A stretch of DNA of 64,000 bases, taken from the NCBI GenBank assembly GCA_964478315.1, contig CAYZID010000001.1, forward strand, positions 14,619 to 78,618. Reading direction: 5' to 3'. The translations under genes were made by a program, and so were the position numbers. The stretch is from an uncultured Myxococcales bacterium (lineage in GTDB: Bacteria; Myxococcota_A; UBA9042; PHBI01; JAAZYN01). The notes below the pieces were generated by a model. That model ran no database searches. It saw only the letters and a list, made by a program, of their open reading frames with translations, and was not told where the DNA came from. Of the stretch, positions 38,604 to 48,144 are shown one piece after another (within the stretch, counting starts at the first letter, position 1; every line of letters begins with the position of its first letter).

Positions 38604-38872
38604 TCCTTAGCTGGCCACCGTGTTCTGTAGGCCGTAGGATGTACTTCGCAACGGAGGTGGTCGGGATGGGACGCAAGATGCGTCAGAAGGCGCGTGCCCT
38701 GCTTAGCGGCATGAACAACGCCCTTGCCTTCACCGGGGACATCTCTCCTCGCCGCAAGCACTTCAGTGGCCCAGAACGTGACGCCGAGAACATGGCGCGC
38801 GACTGGGCTTGGACGATGCACGACTTCAAGGTGGCATGTGAGCAAGAGGCGAGGCGGTCGCAGACAACCTAG
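38600..38872 (+). CDS. hypothetical 90-aa protein translationally coupled to the RHH gene (ATGA overlap)
   Basis: Strong G/C bias at third codon positions in this frame, unlike the overlapping 38724 frame. No recognisable domain. Confidence 0.45.
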   Translation: MILSWPPCSVGRRMYFATEVVGMGRKMRQKARALLSGMNNALAFTGDISPRRKHFSGPERDAENMARDWAWTMHDFKVACEQEARRSQTT

Positions 38873-38924
38873 CAGCGCTCCTGCAAAGGCTGACACAACC
38901 GTCGAGGTAGGATCGCAAGCTGCT

Positions 38925-39362
38925 CTGCCGGCCGATCATGTCGTTGCGACGACGTTCTACGCATCACGCGGCCCACTCCCTGCCCCTGAGCTTCTTCGGG
39001 CCTACGAGATGGCTGTACCAGGCTTGGCCGAGCGCATCGTCATGCACATGGAGGGTGAGAGGGACCACAGGTTCGAGATGGATCGGGCCGTGCTCAAGAT
39101 GGAGCGGCTCGGGCAATACCTTGCGGCCGGGCTCGCCATGGCTGGGATCGCTGGCGGTGTGACCTTCGCAGCCCTGGGCGCCCCATGGGCCGGGGCAGTT
39201 GTTGGCGTCATCGTCCCGCTCTCTGTTCTCTTGCGCGGGGTGTTCAAGGTGCGCCACGGGGACAGCGGGCTTGAACTGGACACGCGGGCTCAGAGCCCAC
39301 CGGCTGCGCCGGAGGACACGAACGAGAGAGGTCCGCAAGCCACAACGACCGACGACGGCTGA
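38925..39362 (+). CDS. DUF2335-like membrane protein (start codon uncertain)
   Basis: Conserved-looking GPLPAPELLRAYEMAVPGLAERIVMHMEGERDHRFEM followed by two TM helices. No in-frame ATG/GTG/TTG between the upstream stop (38872) and this motif. 38925 is an in-frame CTG after GAGGTAGGA. Next ATG is at 39009. Confidence 0.4.
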   Translation: MPADHVVATTFYASRGPLPAPELLRAYEMAVPGLAERIVMHMEGERDHRFEMDRAVLKMERLGQYLAAGLAMAGIAGGVTFAALGAPWAGAVVGVIVPLSVLLRGVFKVRHGDSGLELDTRAQSPPAAPEDTNERGPQATTTDDG

Positions 39363-39412
39363 CATCCTCGCCCTCCGCTGCTACCGTCGTCGTGACCAGC
39401 GGAGGTGCCACG

Positions 39413-40075
39413 ATGATGCGAGCTGTTCTCATGACGATCTTGTTGCTGCTCCTGCCCCTCCCCACGGCGTCCGCGAGGTCGCTGTGCGGCGAACTCGACG
39501 CCATGCCGTCGGACCTGGACGCGACGACGTGGACGGCCTACGGCTGCCTCAGCCGGAGCGACGCGGGCGACTACTGGGATCAGTGCTTGAAGCGCAAGGA
39601 CTACACGCGCAAGCGCGGTGGCGGTTGCCCAGGTTCGCAGCGGTGCTGCCCCGGTGACGCCGTCTTCGCGGCGAAGATGAGGGAGCGGGAGCAGGCCGTT
39701 CGGGACGAGCAAGCGCGGAAGCGCTTGGAGGCCGCGGCCGTGGACGCGGCAGAGTTGGGCGAGGACCACGGCTCGGGGGCGTCAGCCTTCGCGGTGCTGT
39801 ACGCGGTCTTTCTGTTCGGCGGCCCGGCGTTGTTCTTCGGCCTCATGGCACTCGTGCTCGGGCTCTTCCTGCGCGGTGGAGGGGCTGAAGGGGTCGCAGG
39901 GGCCGTGCTCGGGTCCGTGGCTGGGTGGATGGTCGTCTTCGCCGCGTCCGGCGGGTGGGCTGCGATGTTGCTCGGCTACGCCATCGTCGCTCCAACAACG
40001 TTCATCGGCGCCGTCATCGGCCTCGTCATCGGCGTCAAGAAGGCGCGGGCGAGAGAAGCGCTGCTGGGGCCGTAG
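39413..40075 (+). CDS. membrane protein with signal peptide, Cys-rich extracytoplasmic domain and C-terminal TM helices
   Basis: MMRAVLMTILLLLLPLPTASA signal. 7 Cys in the first 90 aa. Hydrophobic C-terminal 100 aa. Confidence 0.5.
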   Translation: MMRAVLMTILLLLLPLPTASARSLCGELDAMPSDLDATTWTAYGCLSRSDAGDYWDQCLKRKDYTRKRGGGCPGSQRCCPGDAVFAAKMREREQAVRDEQARKRLEAAAVDAAELGEDHGSGASAFAVLYAVFLFGGPALFFGLMALVLGLFLRGGGAEGVAGAVLGSVAGWMVVFAASGGWAAMLLGYAIVAPTTFIGAVIGLVIGVKKARAREALLGP

Positions 40076-40080
40076 GCGAG

Positions 40081-41271
40081 CTAGCCGTTGTCGGAACCGT
40101 CGTCATCGGTCTCGTCGGAGTGGCCAAAGCACCTCTCCATGAGTTCCCAGCCGCCGGCCGTCTCCGACCACATGGACCTTGGCCACGCGTAGAGCACTCG
40201 CGCACCTGGTCCGATGATCCTGAACGCCATCACCTTGGTGGTAACGCCGCGGAGCTTCACGCGCTGCCGCAGCGGGAACCGCAGCAGCTTCCTCATCCGC
40301 GCTGGGATCGCTTCCACGGTTCTTGTGGCCTGCCCTTCGACGCGAAGGATCGCCTGGAGAACCAGGTCTTCCGCGGCCTTCCGGATTGCTTCTGCCTCGT
40401 CTTCTCCAGCATCCACATAGAAGGACCGCCTCGTTCCGCGCACGTAGTAGCGGTGGTTGCTGTTTCCAAGCAATGACAGAGCCTTGCCCGGCTGACCAAC
40501 AACCATGAACACCTCGTCTGCTGTGTTCAGCTCATCGCATGCTGGCCCGCCAACATCCGGCTCCGAGCAAGGGCGACTTGCGCCCCATGGCGATCCGACC
40601 CAACCATTCCACGTCACCGGGAACCTGTGCCGCTTGAAGTCGTACTCTCCAAGAGGAACCGTCATGGTCGAACAGACCATCTTGCCCTTCGCCTTCTTCC
40701 TGAAGGCCTTGCGAGCCCTGATGCATCGTCGGTACTCGAACTCGTTGAAGTGCTCACGGGACTTGTAGACGTCGCAGTTCCTGAACCAGTTGCCGAGGAA
40801 GTCCCCATACGGTGGGGGCTCCATGGTGTTGGCCAGGAGCTTCTCGAACGGGCCCCATGAGGCGCTCCTCTCGTTCCTACGCTCTGCGGCCTCTCCTGCG
40901 GCCTTCCCCTCCTCTTCCTCGCCATCAGGCGTAGTGGCCGGCTCTTGGCACCTGCGGTTGGCCTCGTCAAGCTCGGCTAGGGCCTTCTCATTCCTGCGCA
41001 TCTCCTCCACCAACGCGTCCTTGCTGGCCTTGAGCTGCTTGAGGCATCCATTGCGCTCGTCGCGAACGACCTGCTCTCGGACGCTTGTCTCCTTCTGGGC
41101 CGTCGTGCACGACCGCAGTTCTTCTTGTACACGCTTGAGTTCCTCCGCTCGTTCGTCGCGCTCCCTCACGACCCGCAAGTAGGTCTCACTGGAGACGCAG
41201 CTCGGCAACCACAGTGCGGACGCAACCACCACGACGGCCCAAGCTACAACACGAAGCCAACCATCACGCAT
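40081..41271 (-). CDS. secreted coiled-coil protein with Cys-containing C-terminal domain, unknown function
   Basis: ATG at 41271 (MRDGWLRVVAWAVVVVASALWLPSC). Charged coiled-coil region, then globular C-terminal half. AT-richer codon usage than the backbone. Confidence 0.5.
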   Translation of the reverse strand: MRDGWLRVVAWAVVVVASALWLPSCVSSETYLRVVRERDERAEELKRVQEELRSCTTAQKETSVREQVVRDERNGCLKQLKASKDALVEEMRRNEKALAELDEANRRCQEPATTPDGEEEEGKAAGEAAERRNERSASWGPFEKLLANTMEPPPYGDFLGNWFRNCDVYKSREHFNEFEYRRCIRARKAFRKKAKGKMVCSTMTVPLGEYDFKRHRFPVTWNGWVGSPWGASRPCSEPDVGGPACDELNTADEVFMVVGQPGKALSLLGNSNHRYYVRGTRRSFYVDAGEDEAEAIRKAAEDLVLQAILRVEGQATRTVEAIPARMRKLLRFPLRQRVKLRGVTTKVMAFRIIGPGARVLYAWPRSMWSETAGGWELMERCFGHSDETDDDGSDNG

Positions 41272-41424
41272 CGCGACCTCCCAGGGAGCACAACAGGTCG
41301 GTCGGATGGTACGGGGCTTGGCGACCAGCATGCAAGCACGGAGACCACCCAGGAACACTGGCTTCCGTTGTGGCAGGCGCCAACTCATGAAGAGGCTCTC
41401 TGGAGCGGCGCAAGGCGAGGCCGA

Positions 41425-42561
41425 CTACGGCCGCCCGAACCCAGTCAGGTAGAAGCTCTGGTCCGTGAGGACGCCGTCCTTCGTGAGGTGCACCCGGAAG
41501 GTCGTGTAGTTGGTGAGCGGGTCGTAGTTGAGCACGGTCACGCACGCCGCGAAGGTGGCGGCGGTGGGGGTATAGAAGTCCGCCGCGTCGGAGGCCGGCG
41601 TCACGTGGACGGTGTTCAGCACGCCCTCCACGACGATCTCGACCACGCCCGCGCTCGGCGAGCTGTAGCTCTTGATGTTGCCCTTGTGGTCCGACGCGCT
41701 GTAGCCCGGGGAGCCCCCGGTGTAGTTCATCCGCCCCGACGTGATGACCGTCACGTCGTAGAGGGTGTCCTGGATGTTGGTGATCTCCGCCTCGGCGTTG
41801 GACAGGCCGGTCTCCAGGTCGGTGACCGCGGTGTCCAGCTCCGTGAGGTCGCGCGCGGGGGCGCCGAACCACGTCTTCGTTCCCGCCTTGTCCTGGATGG
41901 TCGCCAGGGCCGCGATGATGGTCGTCAGCGCCTGGGACACGCCGAGCTGCGGGTACATCCCCATGATGGCCCTGACGCGCGTCTCCGCCCCCCCCAGCCC
42001 GTCGTCGTTGTAGTCGAAGGGGCTCAGCATCACGATCGCCGGCACGTTCCCGTTCCAGCTCGTGACGCGCGCGAACTGGAACCACCCGGCGCTCCCGTCG
42101 GGCTCCGTCACGCCCACCCCGAAGACGACCCGCTGGCGCGACACCGTCTTCGGTGACGGGCTCATGGCCACCTCGGTCCCGGTCGCCGCGTCCCACGCCT
42201 TGCGCAGCTCCTGGTCCGTGTCGAAGCCCACCGCACGAGCCCACAGGTAGGGGGTCTGCCCGACCTGGCCGGAGAGGTCCACCGTGGAGATCTGCCCCGA
42301 GGCCGCGGGGTCGTGACGCACGACGGTCCCCGTGGGGATCTTCCCATCGGTTCCCGCCGGCGCCGCGGTGAACAGCAGCCCAGCCCCGATGGACACCGCG
42401 GCGATGTTCGTGGTGTCCAAGGCGCACCCCGACAGCACGCCAGCTCCTTCCCCGACGAGACCACCGAGCATGCGGCCCAGGTACTCGTCCACGAAGGTCT
42501 GGATGCGGTCGAGATCCACCAGGTCGAGGCGCTCGTCGTCGTACAGCTTCACGAAGTCCAT
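41425..42561 (-). CDS. phage tail/baseplate-associated protein (gpI/tail-fibre-like, downstream of J)
   Basis: ATG at 42561 with AGGAG upstream. Sits directly after the baseplate J gene. Confidence 0.5.
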   Translation of the reverse strand: MDFVKLYDDERLDLVDLDRIQTFVDEYLGRMLGGLVGEGAGVLSGCALDTTNIAAVSIGAGLLFTAAPAGTDGKIPTGTVVRHDPAASGQISTVDLSGQVGQTPYLWARAVGFDTDQELRKAWDAATGTEVAMSPSPKTVSRQRVVFGVGVTEPDGSAGWFQFARVTSWNGNVPAIVMLSPFDYNDDGLGGAETRVRAIMGMYPQLGVSQALTTIIAALATIQDKAGTKTWFGAPARDLTELDTAVTDLETGLSNAEAEITNIQDTLYDVTVITSGRMNYTGGSPGYSASDHKGNIKSYSSPSAGVVEIVVEGVLNTVHVTPASDAADFYTPTAATFAACVTVLNYDPLTNYTTFRVHLTKDGVLTDQSFYLTGFGRP

Positions 42562-42614
42562 GTCGGTCTCCTGGGCCCACGGGGCCCTGGTCGGAGGGTG
42601 GGGCTGCTGGGGTG

Positions 42615-44048
42615 CTAGGTGACGTCCACCAGGTCTGGCTTGGTGCGGAGCACGGTCCGCAGGTCTGCGGGTTCCACGTCGCCTGTGGGGCTCTCGATGG
42701 TCGCGAGGCGCAGCCCGTCCACGCGCTTCAGAGCGCAGCGCACGTCGCTGAGGACCATCGCCTGGCCCGGCCCGAGGGACGCCAGGATGGCAACCAGCTC
42801 GTCCTTGACCGTCGTGCGCAGGGTGGAGACGTCCACCCCGGTCCCATCCGCCACGATGCGGACCGTGAACGACACCCACTGCACCGTGGGGGCGACCACG
42901 CGCACGCGCGTCCCGGCCGCCCGGTAGCCTGGGGAGCCGAAGATGTCGGACGGGTCGCCCTCGATGGCCGCCTGGAGCTCGCGGAGCACGCCGGTGTAGA
43001 CCTGGTAGTTGCGGATCCTCCAGTGGTCCCCCGGCGAGAACAGACCCGCCTCGGGCCGCGGGTAGAGGAGCCCGCGCTCCTCCTGGATGAGCCACGGGGC
43101 GTCCTGACCCTGCGCGAAGGTGAGCTGCAGCCAGTTCGCGCCGTCCCCGCGCTCCACCGTGTAGGTGGGCCCCACCATGGGGGCCTCGAAGTAGAGCGAG
43201 CGGGCCCCGTTGGCTGGGATGACCCCGGTCACCTCCGCGCCATCGCGGGTGAACCCGACCATCCCGGAGCCGTCGTCGACGACCAGCTCGGCGTAGCCCG
43301 GGCGGAAGGGGTCCTCGAGCAACGCAGCGTGCCGCAGCCGCACGCCGTCGGAGCCCTGGAACGTGCGGGCGAGGTACAGCAGGGCCGCACCCTGGGACCG
43401 CGCCAGGCCCGACAGGAACAGAAGCGCCCGCTGGCGCAGGGCGTCGTCGCTCTCCCTGTCCGTCCCGCCGGCGACGGGCGCCACGTTGGTCACCGATACG
43501 ACGCCATCCGGCATCGCCACCGGGATGGTGAGCGTCCCGCTGGCCGCGTTGCCGCGGGTGCCGCGCGTCGTGCAGACCACCTGGATGGGTGGGGCTGAGC
43601 TGTTGGGCGGGTAGAAGGCCTCCCCTACCTGCATGGTGACGGTCTGGGTCGTCACGTAGACCAGGGTCGCGTCGTCCTTGTGGGCCACCCTGGAGCCCGC
43701 TGGGATCTCGAGCGCGGTCGACGTGTCCGTGCGTTCGACGCGGAGCACGGGGCCCGCGGCGGGGGCCGCACCGAGCCGCGGCGTGAAGCCTGGCGGCATG
43801 TCCATCAGCCGGGCGTCCAGGTCTTTGCCCTTGGCATCCAACCAGAAGGCGTCGCGGATGGCGCCAAGGCGCTCCTCGACTAGCTCGAACTCCTCGGCGA
43901 TGACTGCGAGCACGTGGCGCAGTGAGGAGCTCTCCGTCAGGTCGACCACGGATGGGCGCATACGTGCGACGAAGCGTGCGCCCAAGCCCTGCTCGATCTC
44001 CTCGCGCGTCCGGGGCTCGAACTCCCCAGGCTGGTTCGACGTGGTCAT
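42615..44048 (-). CDS. baseplate J-like protein
   Basis: Length and position between W-like and I-like genes. Sequence features consistent with the Baseplate_J family. Confidence 0.6.
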   Translation of the reverse strand: MTTSNQPGEFEPRTREEIEQGLGARFVARMRPSVVDLTESSSLRHVLAVIAEEFELVEERLGAIRDAFWLDAKGKDLDARLMDMPPGFTPRLGAAPAAGPVLRVERTDTSTALEIPAGSRVAHKDDATLVYVTTQTVTMQVGEAFYPPNSSAPPIQVVCTTRGTRGNAASGTLTIPVAMPDGVVSVTNVAPVAGGTDRESDDALRQRALLFLSGLARSQGAALLYLARTFQGSDGVRLRHAALLEDPFRPGYAELVVDDGSGMVGFTRDGAEVTGVIPANGARSLYFEAPMVGPTYTVERGDGANWLQLTFAQGQDAPWLIQEERGLLYPRPEAGLFSPGDHWRIRNYQVYTGVLRELQAAIEGDPSDIFGSPGYRAAGTRVRVVAPTVQWVSFTVRIVADGTGVDVSTLRTTVKDELVAILASLGPGQAMVLSDVRCALKRVDGLRLATIESPTGDVEPADLRTVLRTKPDLVDVT

Positions 44049-44057
44049 GTGGGACTC

Positions 44058-45641
44058 CTATCTGTTGCCCGGCTTGGGGACGGGCGCCATGAGCTGGATG
44101 CGTCCGCCGTGATGGGCCACGAGGTGGAGGTCGGCCGTGATGGCGTCTCCCTCGTCGGTGACCTCGATGCGTTCGACCTTGGCGATCCTCGGGTCACGGA
44201 GCGCTTGCCGGCGCGCGTGCGCCGCAACAAGAGCCGCCGCCTCGTTCCCGATGTCCTCACCCACGAGCTTGGGCAGCCCGAGGGCGGGGAAGGGGCCGCA
44301 CTCGCCCTGGACGGTCGCGAAGCGGGTCGTGATCCCCTGGCGCAGGTTGGCGGGGCCGCGCACCCACCGAACATCAGTGGCCTCTGCGCCGTCGAGCGCC
44401 CAGTCCCCGTCCTTAAGGAGGACATCGCTACCGTAGGGGTCGCCGTCGCCGGACATCTCGGCGCCATCTCCCTGCCCGCCACCGCCAGGGAGGGAAGGAA
44501 CCAAGATCGTGATGCCGGGGCGGAACGGGCTCCCGTCGTTCATCATCGTGGCCGAGGTCATCCCGTTGAGGTCCGCGATGAGCTTCCACCAATCCCCGCT
44601 CCCAAGAAGCTCCTCCGCGATGTCGCGCAGGGTGACACCGGCGGGCACGATGTAGGAGACGACCGCGGCGTCCGGCGGCAGCTCGGCCGGAGGCGCCATC
44701 CACGACGCGAACGGGACGTCCCCTCCCTCGCCACGACCCGCGCCAGCGACGCCAAGAAGCTCGTCGGCCCGACGCTGCGTGTCACCGATCGGCGCGAGGA
44801 GGCGCATGATCGTATCGCGGCTGGCGCCCCGGTGCGCCTGTGGCAGGCTCTCCCACTTCGCGATGATGGACGCGCGGGAGTTGGCGGCGACCCTGGAGAT
44901 CTCCGCGGCCATGGCGAACGGGAAGGTCACGACGCCGCGCAGCTCGTCCATGGCATCTAGGACCGCCAGCACAGTTCGCCCAAGGGCGCGGATGGGCTCC
45001 TTGAACTCCTCCAGCGAGTAGCGGAGGTCGCTGAGGAGCAACTCGGTCTGCGCCAAGTAGGCGTTCGCGGAGTTGATGAAGGCCGTCGCCGCGCGGGCCC
45101 TCGTAACAGCCGACGCGAGGAGCCCGGTCGGAAGCACCTCCTCGGTCGCGTAGGCGCGCAGGGACAGCTCCCAGCCGGTCGTGAAGTTGTGCTGGTCCAC
45201 CGACTTGGACCTGCGGATGCTGCTCGGCTCCACGAGGTATGCGTGCCCGTAGTCCAGGGCGAGGAAGACCATATGGATGCGACGCGGCTGCGTGCGCGCC
45301 GCAGCGCCACTAGCCACGACTTGCCGTCCTTCAGCAGCTTGCGAGTCCTCCTGGTAGCGCCCGAGGAACTCCTCGAAGGCCTCCACGTGCTCCTTGCCAG
45401 TGATGAAAGCTTCGCCGCCGTTCGCCGTGCGTGCCGCTCGCGGCCCGTAGCCCGAGGTTCCGCGCAGCAGGATGCGCGTCTCGCGCACGCCGGTGTGTTC
45501 CCGCTCCGGCTCCGCGCCAAGCGTCCAGGTGAGCTGCGACGCCTCGTCCCGCGACACGTCGTAGGAGGACACGGGGGGCAGGATGAAGGCTCGGTCCAGC
45601 CGATCGTCCTCGTAGACCTGCAACATGAACCGGACCTTCAT
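44058..45641 (-). CDS. baseplate protein with LysM-like segment and C-terminal GPW/gp25-like domain
   Basis: LysM-like YIVPAGVTLRDIAEELLGSGDWWKLIADLNG. gp25/W-like C-terminus (RFATVQGECGPFPALGLPKLVGE...KVERIEVTDEGDAITADLHLV). Confidence 0.6.
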   Translation of the reverse strand: MKVRFMLQVYEDDRLDRAFILPPVSSYDVSRDEASQLTWTLGAEPEREHTGVRETRILLRGTSGYGPRAARTANGGEAFITGKEHVEAFEEFLGRYQEDSQAAEGRQVVASGAAARTQPRRIHMVFLALDYGHAYLVEPSSIRRSKSVDQHNFTTGWELSLRAYATEEVLPTGLLASAVTRARAATAFINSANAYLAQTELLLSDLRYSLEEFKEPIRALGRTVLAVLDAMDELRGVVTFPFAMAAEISRVAANSRASIIAKWESLPQAHRGASRDTIMRLLAPIGDTQRRADELLGVAGAGRGEGGDVPFASWMAPPAELPPDAAVVSYIVPAGVTLRDIAEELLGSGDWWKLIADLNGMTSATMMNDGSPFRPGITILVPSLPGGGGQGDGAEMSGDGDPYGSDVLLKDGDWALDGAEATDVRWVRGPANLRQGITTRFATVQGECGPFPALGLPKLVGEDIGNEAAALVAAHARRQALRDPRIAKVERIEVTDEGDAITADLHLVAHHGGRIQLMAPVPKPGNR

Positions 45642-46348
45642 CCGTCAGCCTCCGAGCGCTCCGAGACATGCACGGCCGCGGCGCGGATGGCGTCGGGCAC
45701 GAGGGTGGGGACCTGCCCGAAGAAGGGCGTGATGGCCTTGTGCGTCGTGGGGTCAACGGCCAGTGCTTGGATCCACGTATCGACCGCTGCCAGGTAGTCG
45801 TTGATGGCCTTCAGGTGGTCCAACAACGGGCCCGCCAGGGGCAGTCGCTCCGTTGCCTCCCCGCCCCGTGAGACACGGAGCACGCCGCCATCAGCGAGCT
45901 GGACCCGTACGGTGGCGTCCCCCGCCTCCCTGGCATCCAGCGTGATGGCGCCGTGCTCGTCGACGATGAGTCGCGCCCCTCCGTTCACGCGGGCGAAGTC
46001 GGCCTTCCCGATGACGCCCGGGTGGTCCTCCTGCTGGTCCACCACCGGGGCGTCCTCAACCACCTCGCCCCCGTCAGCGGGGAGCATCCCGATGGCGAGC
46101 GGCTTCACGTAGGGACCGCGCAGTACGAGGAGCACCTGCCCTCGGTCGCGTGCGAGCTCGCCATGGCCGCTCTCGGGTGGCTCCACGGGCTCTACCCCCC
46201 ACGTGCGCTTGCCGCCGCCGACCGTTGCGAGCGGGACCTGCGTCCAGAACGCACCGTCCTCGGTTGAGCAGTCGACAACGACGTGCCCGTCGAGCACGTA
46301 GACGTCGTCCACGAGGGCGACCATGGCGCCTGGCGCGTCGAGGCTCAT
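45638..46348 (-). CDS. phage baseplate protein (gpV/spike-like)
   Basis: Size and position. 4-nt overlaps on both sides. Confidence 0.45.
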   Translation of the reverse strand: MSLDAPGAMVALVDDVYVLDGHVVVDCSTEDGAFWTQVPLATVGGGKRTWGVEPVEPPESGHGELARDRGQVLLVLRGPYVKPLAIGMLPADGGEVVEDAPVVDQQEDHPGVIGKADFARVNGGARLIVDEHGAITLDAREAGDATVRVQLADGGVLRVSRGGEATERLPLAGPLLDHLKAINDYLAAVDTWIQALAVDPTTHKAITPFFGQVPTLVPDAIRAAAVHVSERSEADG

Positions 46349-48141
46349 GCCGCCACCCCGCCCAGGCCGCGGGCGCCGCTCAGCTCCCGAGCACGTTCAT
46401 CGAACAACCCGCGGCTGAACTGGACCGTGGTCGTCGCCGTGATGGTCGGGCCGTTGGCGGTGAAGGTGTGCGTGACCGACTCCACGTAGGCCGTCAGCTC
46501 CCCGCCTGGCACGCCTGCTGGCATCTGCACACGGATGGGCTCACCGTGGCGAAGAGGGCGCCCTTGGAGCCCGGCCGGGCTGTACTTGAGCGTCAGCGTC
46601 CCCGACTCGAAGCGCTCGCGCCCCATGTGCCACTGAGCTGCCTGCGCCGCGATGGTTCGGATGAACCGCGCAAGGGGCTGGTTCTTCCCGTCGTAGGGTG
46701 GGAAGAACGGCCAGTTGGGCTGGTAGAGCCTGGCGCCCCGCCAGTCCATGGGGCCCGTCGCGCGCCCTGGGGCCGTCTTCTGCACGATGGGGAGTTGGAG
46801 CTCCTCCATGAACCGCAGCACCGACTGCGCCTGCATGGGGAGGTCGTCGGTCACCATCGTGACCGCGGCAGCGTCATCTGCCGTCCACGTCACCGCCATG
46901 ACCTTGTCGCGGGGTATGACCGGGGCGGTGCTTGCGTCCCAGGTCACCTCCGTGAAGAGGTCCTCGTCGATGTCGAGCTGAGCCGCCCCTCGGACGGTGC
47001 TGGTGTCACCGACATGGAATCCGGCACCTTGGCCCCGGACGTAGTCCTTCAGCGGGGAGACGCGCCAGGGGCGCATCCGATAGAGGAGCACGGGGTTGCG
47101 CCCAAGTACCTTCGCGAGCCCCGATGCGAGCCGGACGGGGGGGCTGCGGCGAAGCGCCCTCGCACGGTCGAGGTCACGCTTCACCATGGCCTCTTCGAGC
47201 ACATTGCGATCCTGAAGCCCGAGTGCTTTGTAGAGCCGCAGCCCGGCCTTCGTGAACGTGCTCGTGTCAACCCGCCCTAGCGCCTCCGCGCTGAGGTAGC
47301 CGCGCAGGTCGCCGGGGGCTTCTTCCGGCACGCCTGGCGCCTCCAGGGACGGGAACATCTCCATCATCCCTGGGTCGCCCATGAACGAGGCGAAGAGCAT
47401 GCCCGTGACGCTGTTCCCGCCCGGTGTCAACTGCGACAAGCCGTTGAGCGTCCAACCTGGAACCCGCTCTACAACACGGTCAGGAGCGAACGCCTTGCGG
47501 GTGTTGGGGTCATGGACAACCTCCGCGTGCCTGCCAAGCAGCAGGCCGTTGCCCGTCCCATCGCCGCCGCCGAGGGTCTCGGGGAGGGTCACGACGGCCA
47601 ACTCGCGCCACAACTCGCGCAGGGCCTCCCCGATGTCCCGCCGCATGAAGGCCGTCTCGATGCGGTTCACGCCGTGCAGCTCCACCGCTGCCACCGTGGA
47701 CCTGACCAGGGCCTCGATGACGTTCCGCCACGAGTTCCACCCGAAGGCGGTCCCGGCCCTGTCCTCGTAGTCCGCTCCCCCACGAGCCCCCGAGTAGGTC
47801 ACGTAGAGCTGCGCCAGGGTGAGCGGCTGGAGCCAGGAGCCAGCGGACACGTGCACGTAGTCGGTGAAGATGCCGCCGCGCCCGTCCGCCTTGATGCCTC
47901 CGCTGCGCCGCGTGACGTACCCGAGCGCCACGGCCGTCTTTCCGAGCCGTACGAGGAGCCAATCGGCCGGCCTGGGGGTGTGGGTGGCGAGGAGGTGGCG
48001 CGGTAGCTTGAAGACGGCCTCGATGCCGCCCCACGGTGGGGACACCTGGTCGGTCCACGACACGGACACGCAATGGTCCGTCAGGTCGGTGGGGGCCGCG
48101 CCGTGGCGGTGCAGCTCGATCGTGGGGACGCGCGCCGACAT
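46345..48141 (-). CDS. phage tail/baseplate-hub-associated protein (DNA-circularisation/gpD-like position)
   Basis: 598 aa between the tape-measure fragment and the baseplate genes. No specific motif recognised. Confidence 0.45.
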   Translation of the reverse strand: MSARVPTIELHRHGAAPTDLTDHCVSVSWTDQVSPPWGGIEAVFKLPRHLLATHTPRPADWLLVRLGKTAVALGYVTRRSGGIKADGRGGIFTDYVHVSAGSWLQPLTLAQLYVTYSGARGGADYEDRAGTAFGWNSWRNVIEALVRSTVAAVELHGVNRIETAFMRRDIGEALRELWRELAVVTLPETLGGGDGTGNGLLLGRHAEVVHDPNTRKAFAPDRVVERVPGWTLNGLSQLTPGGNSVTGMLFASFMGDPGMMEMFPSLEAPGVPEEAPGDLRGYLSAEALGRVDTSTFTKAGLRLYKALGLQDRNVLEEAMVKRDLDRARALRRSPPVRLASGLAKVLGRNPVLLYRMRPWRVSPLKDYVRGQGAGFHVGDTSTVRGAAQLDIDEDLFTEVTWDASTAPVIPRDKVMAVTWTADDAAAVTMVTDDLPMQAQSVLRFMEELQLPIVQKTAPGRATGPMDWRGARLYQPNWPFFPPYDGKNQPLARFIRTIAAQAAQWHMGRERFESGTLTLKYSPAGLQGRPLRHGEPIRVQMPAGVPGGELTAYVESVTHTFTANGPTITATTTVQFSRGLFDERARELSGARGLGGVAA

Positions 48142-48144
48142 GAG

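Noticed and set aside
38724-38924. ATG at 38724 as the start of the DUF2335 frame
   Set aside because: Overlaps the 90-aa ORF out of frame for 149 nt. Third-position G/C bias favours the 90-aa frame in the overlap.
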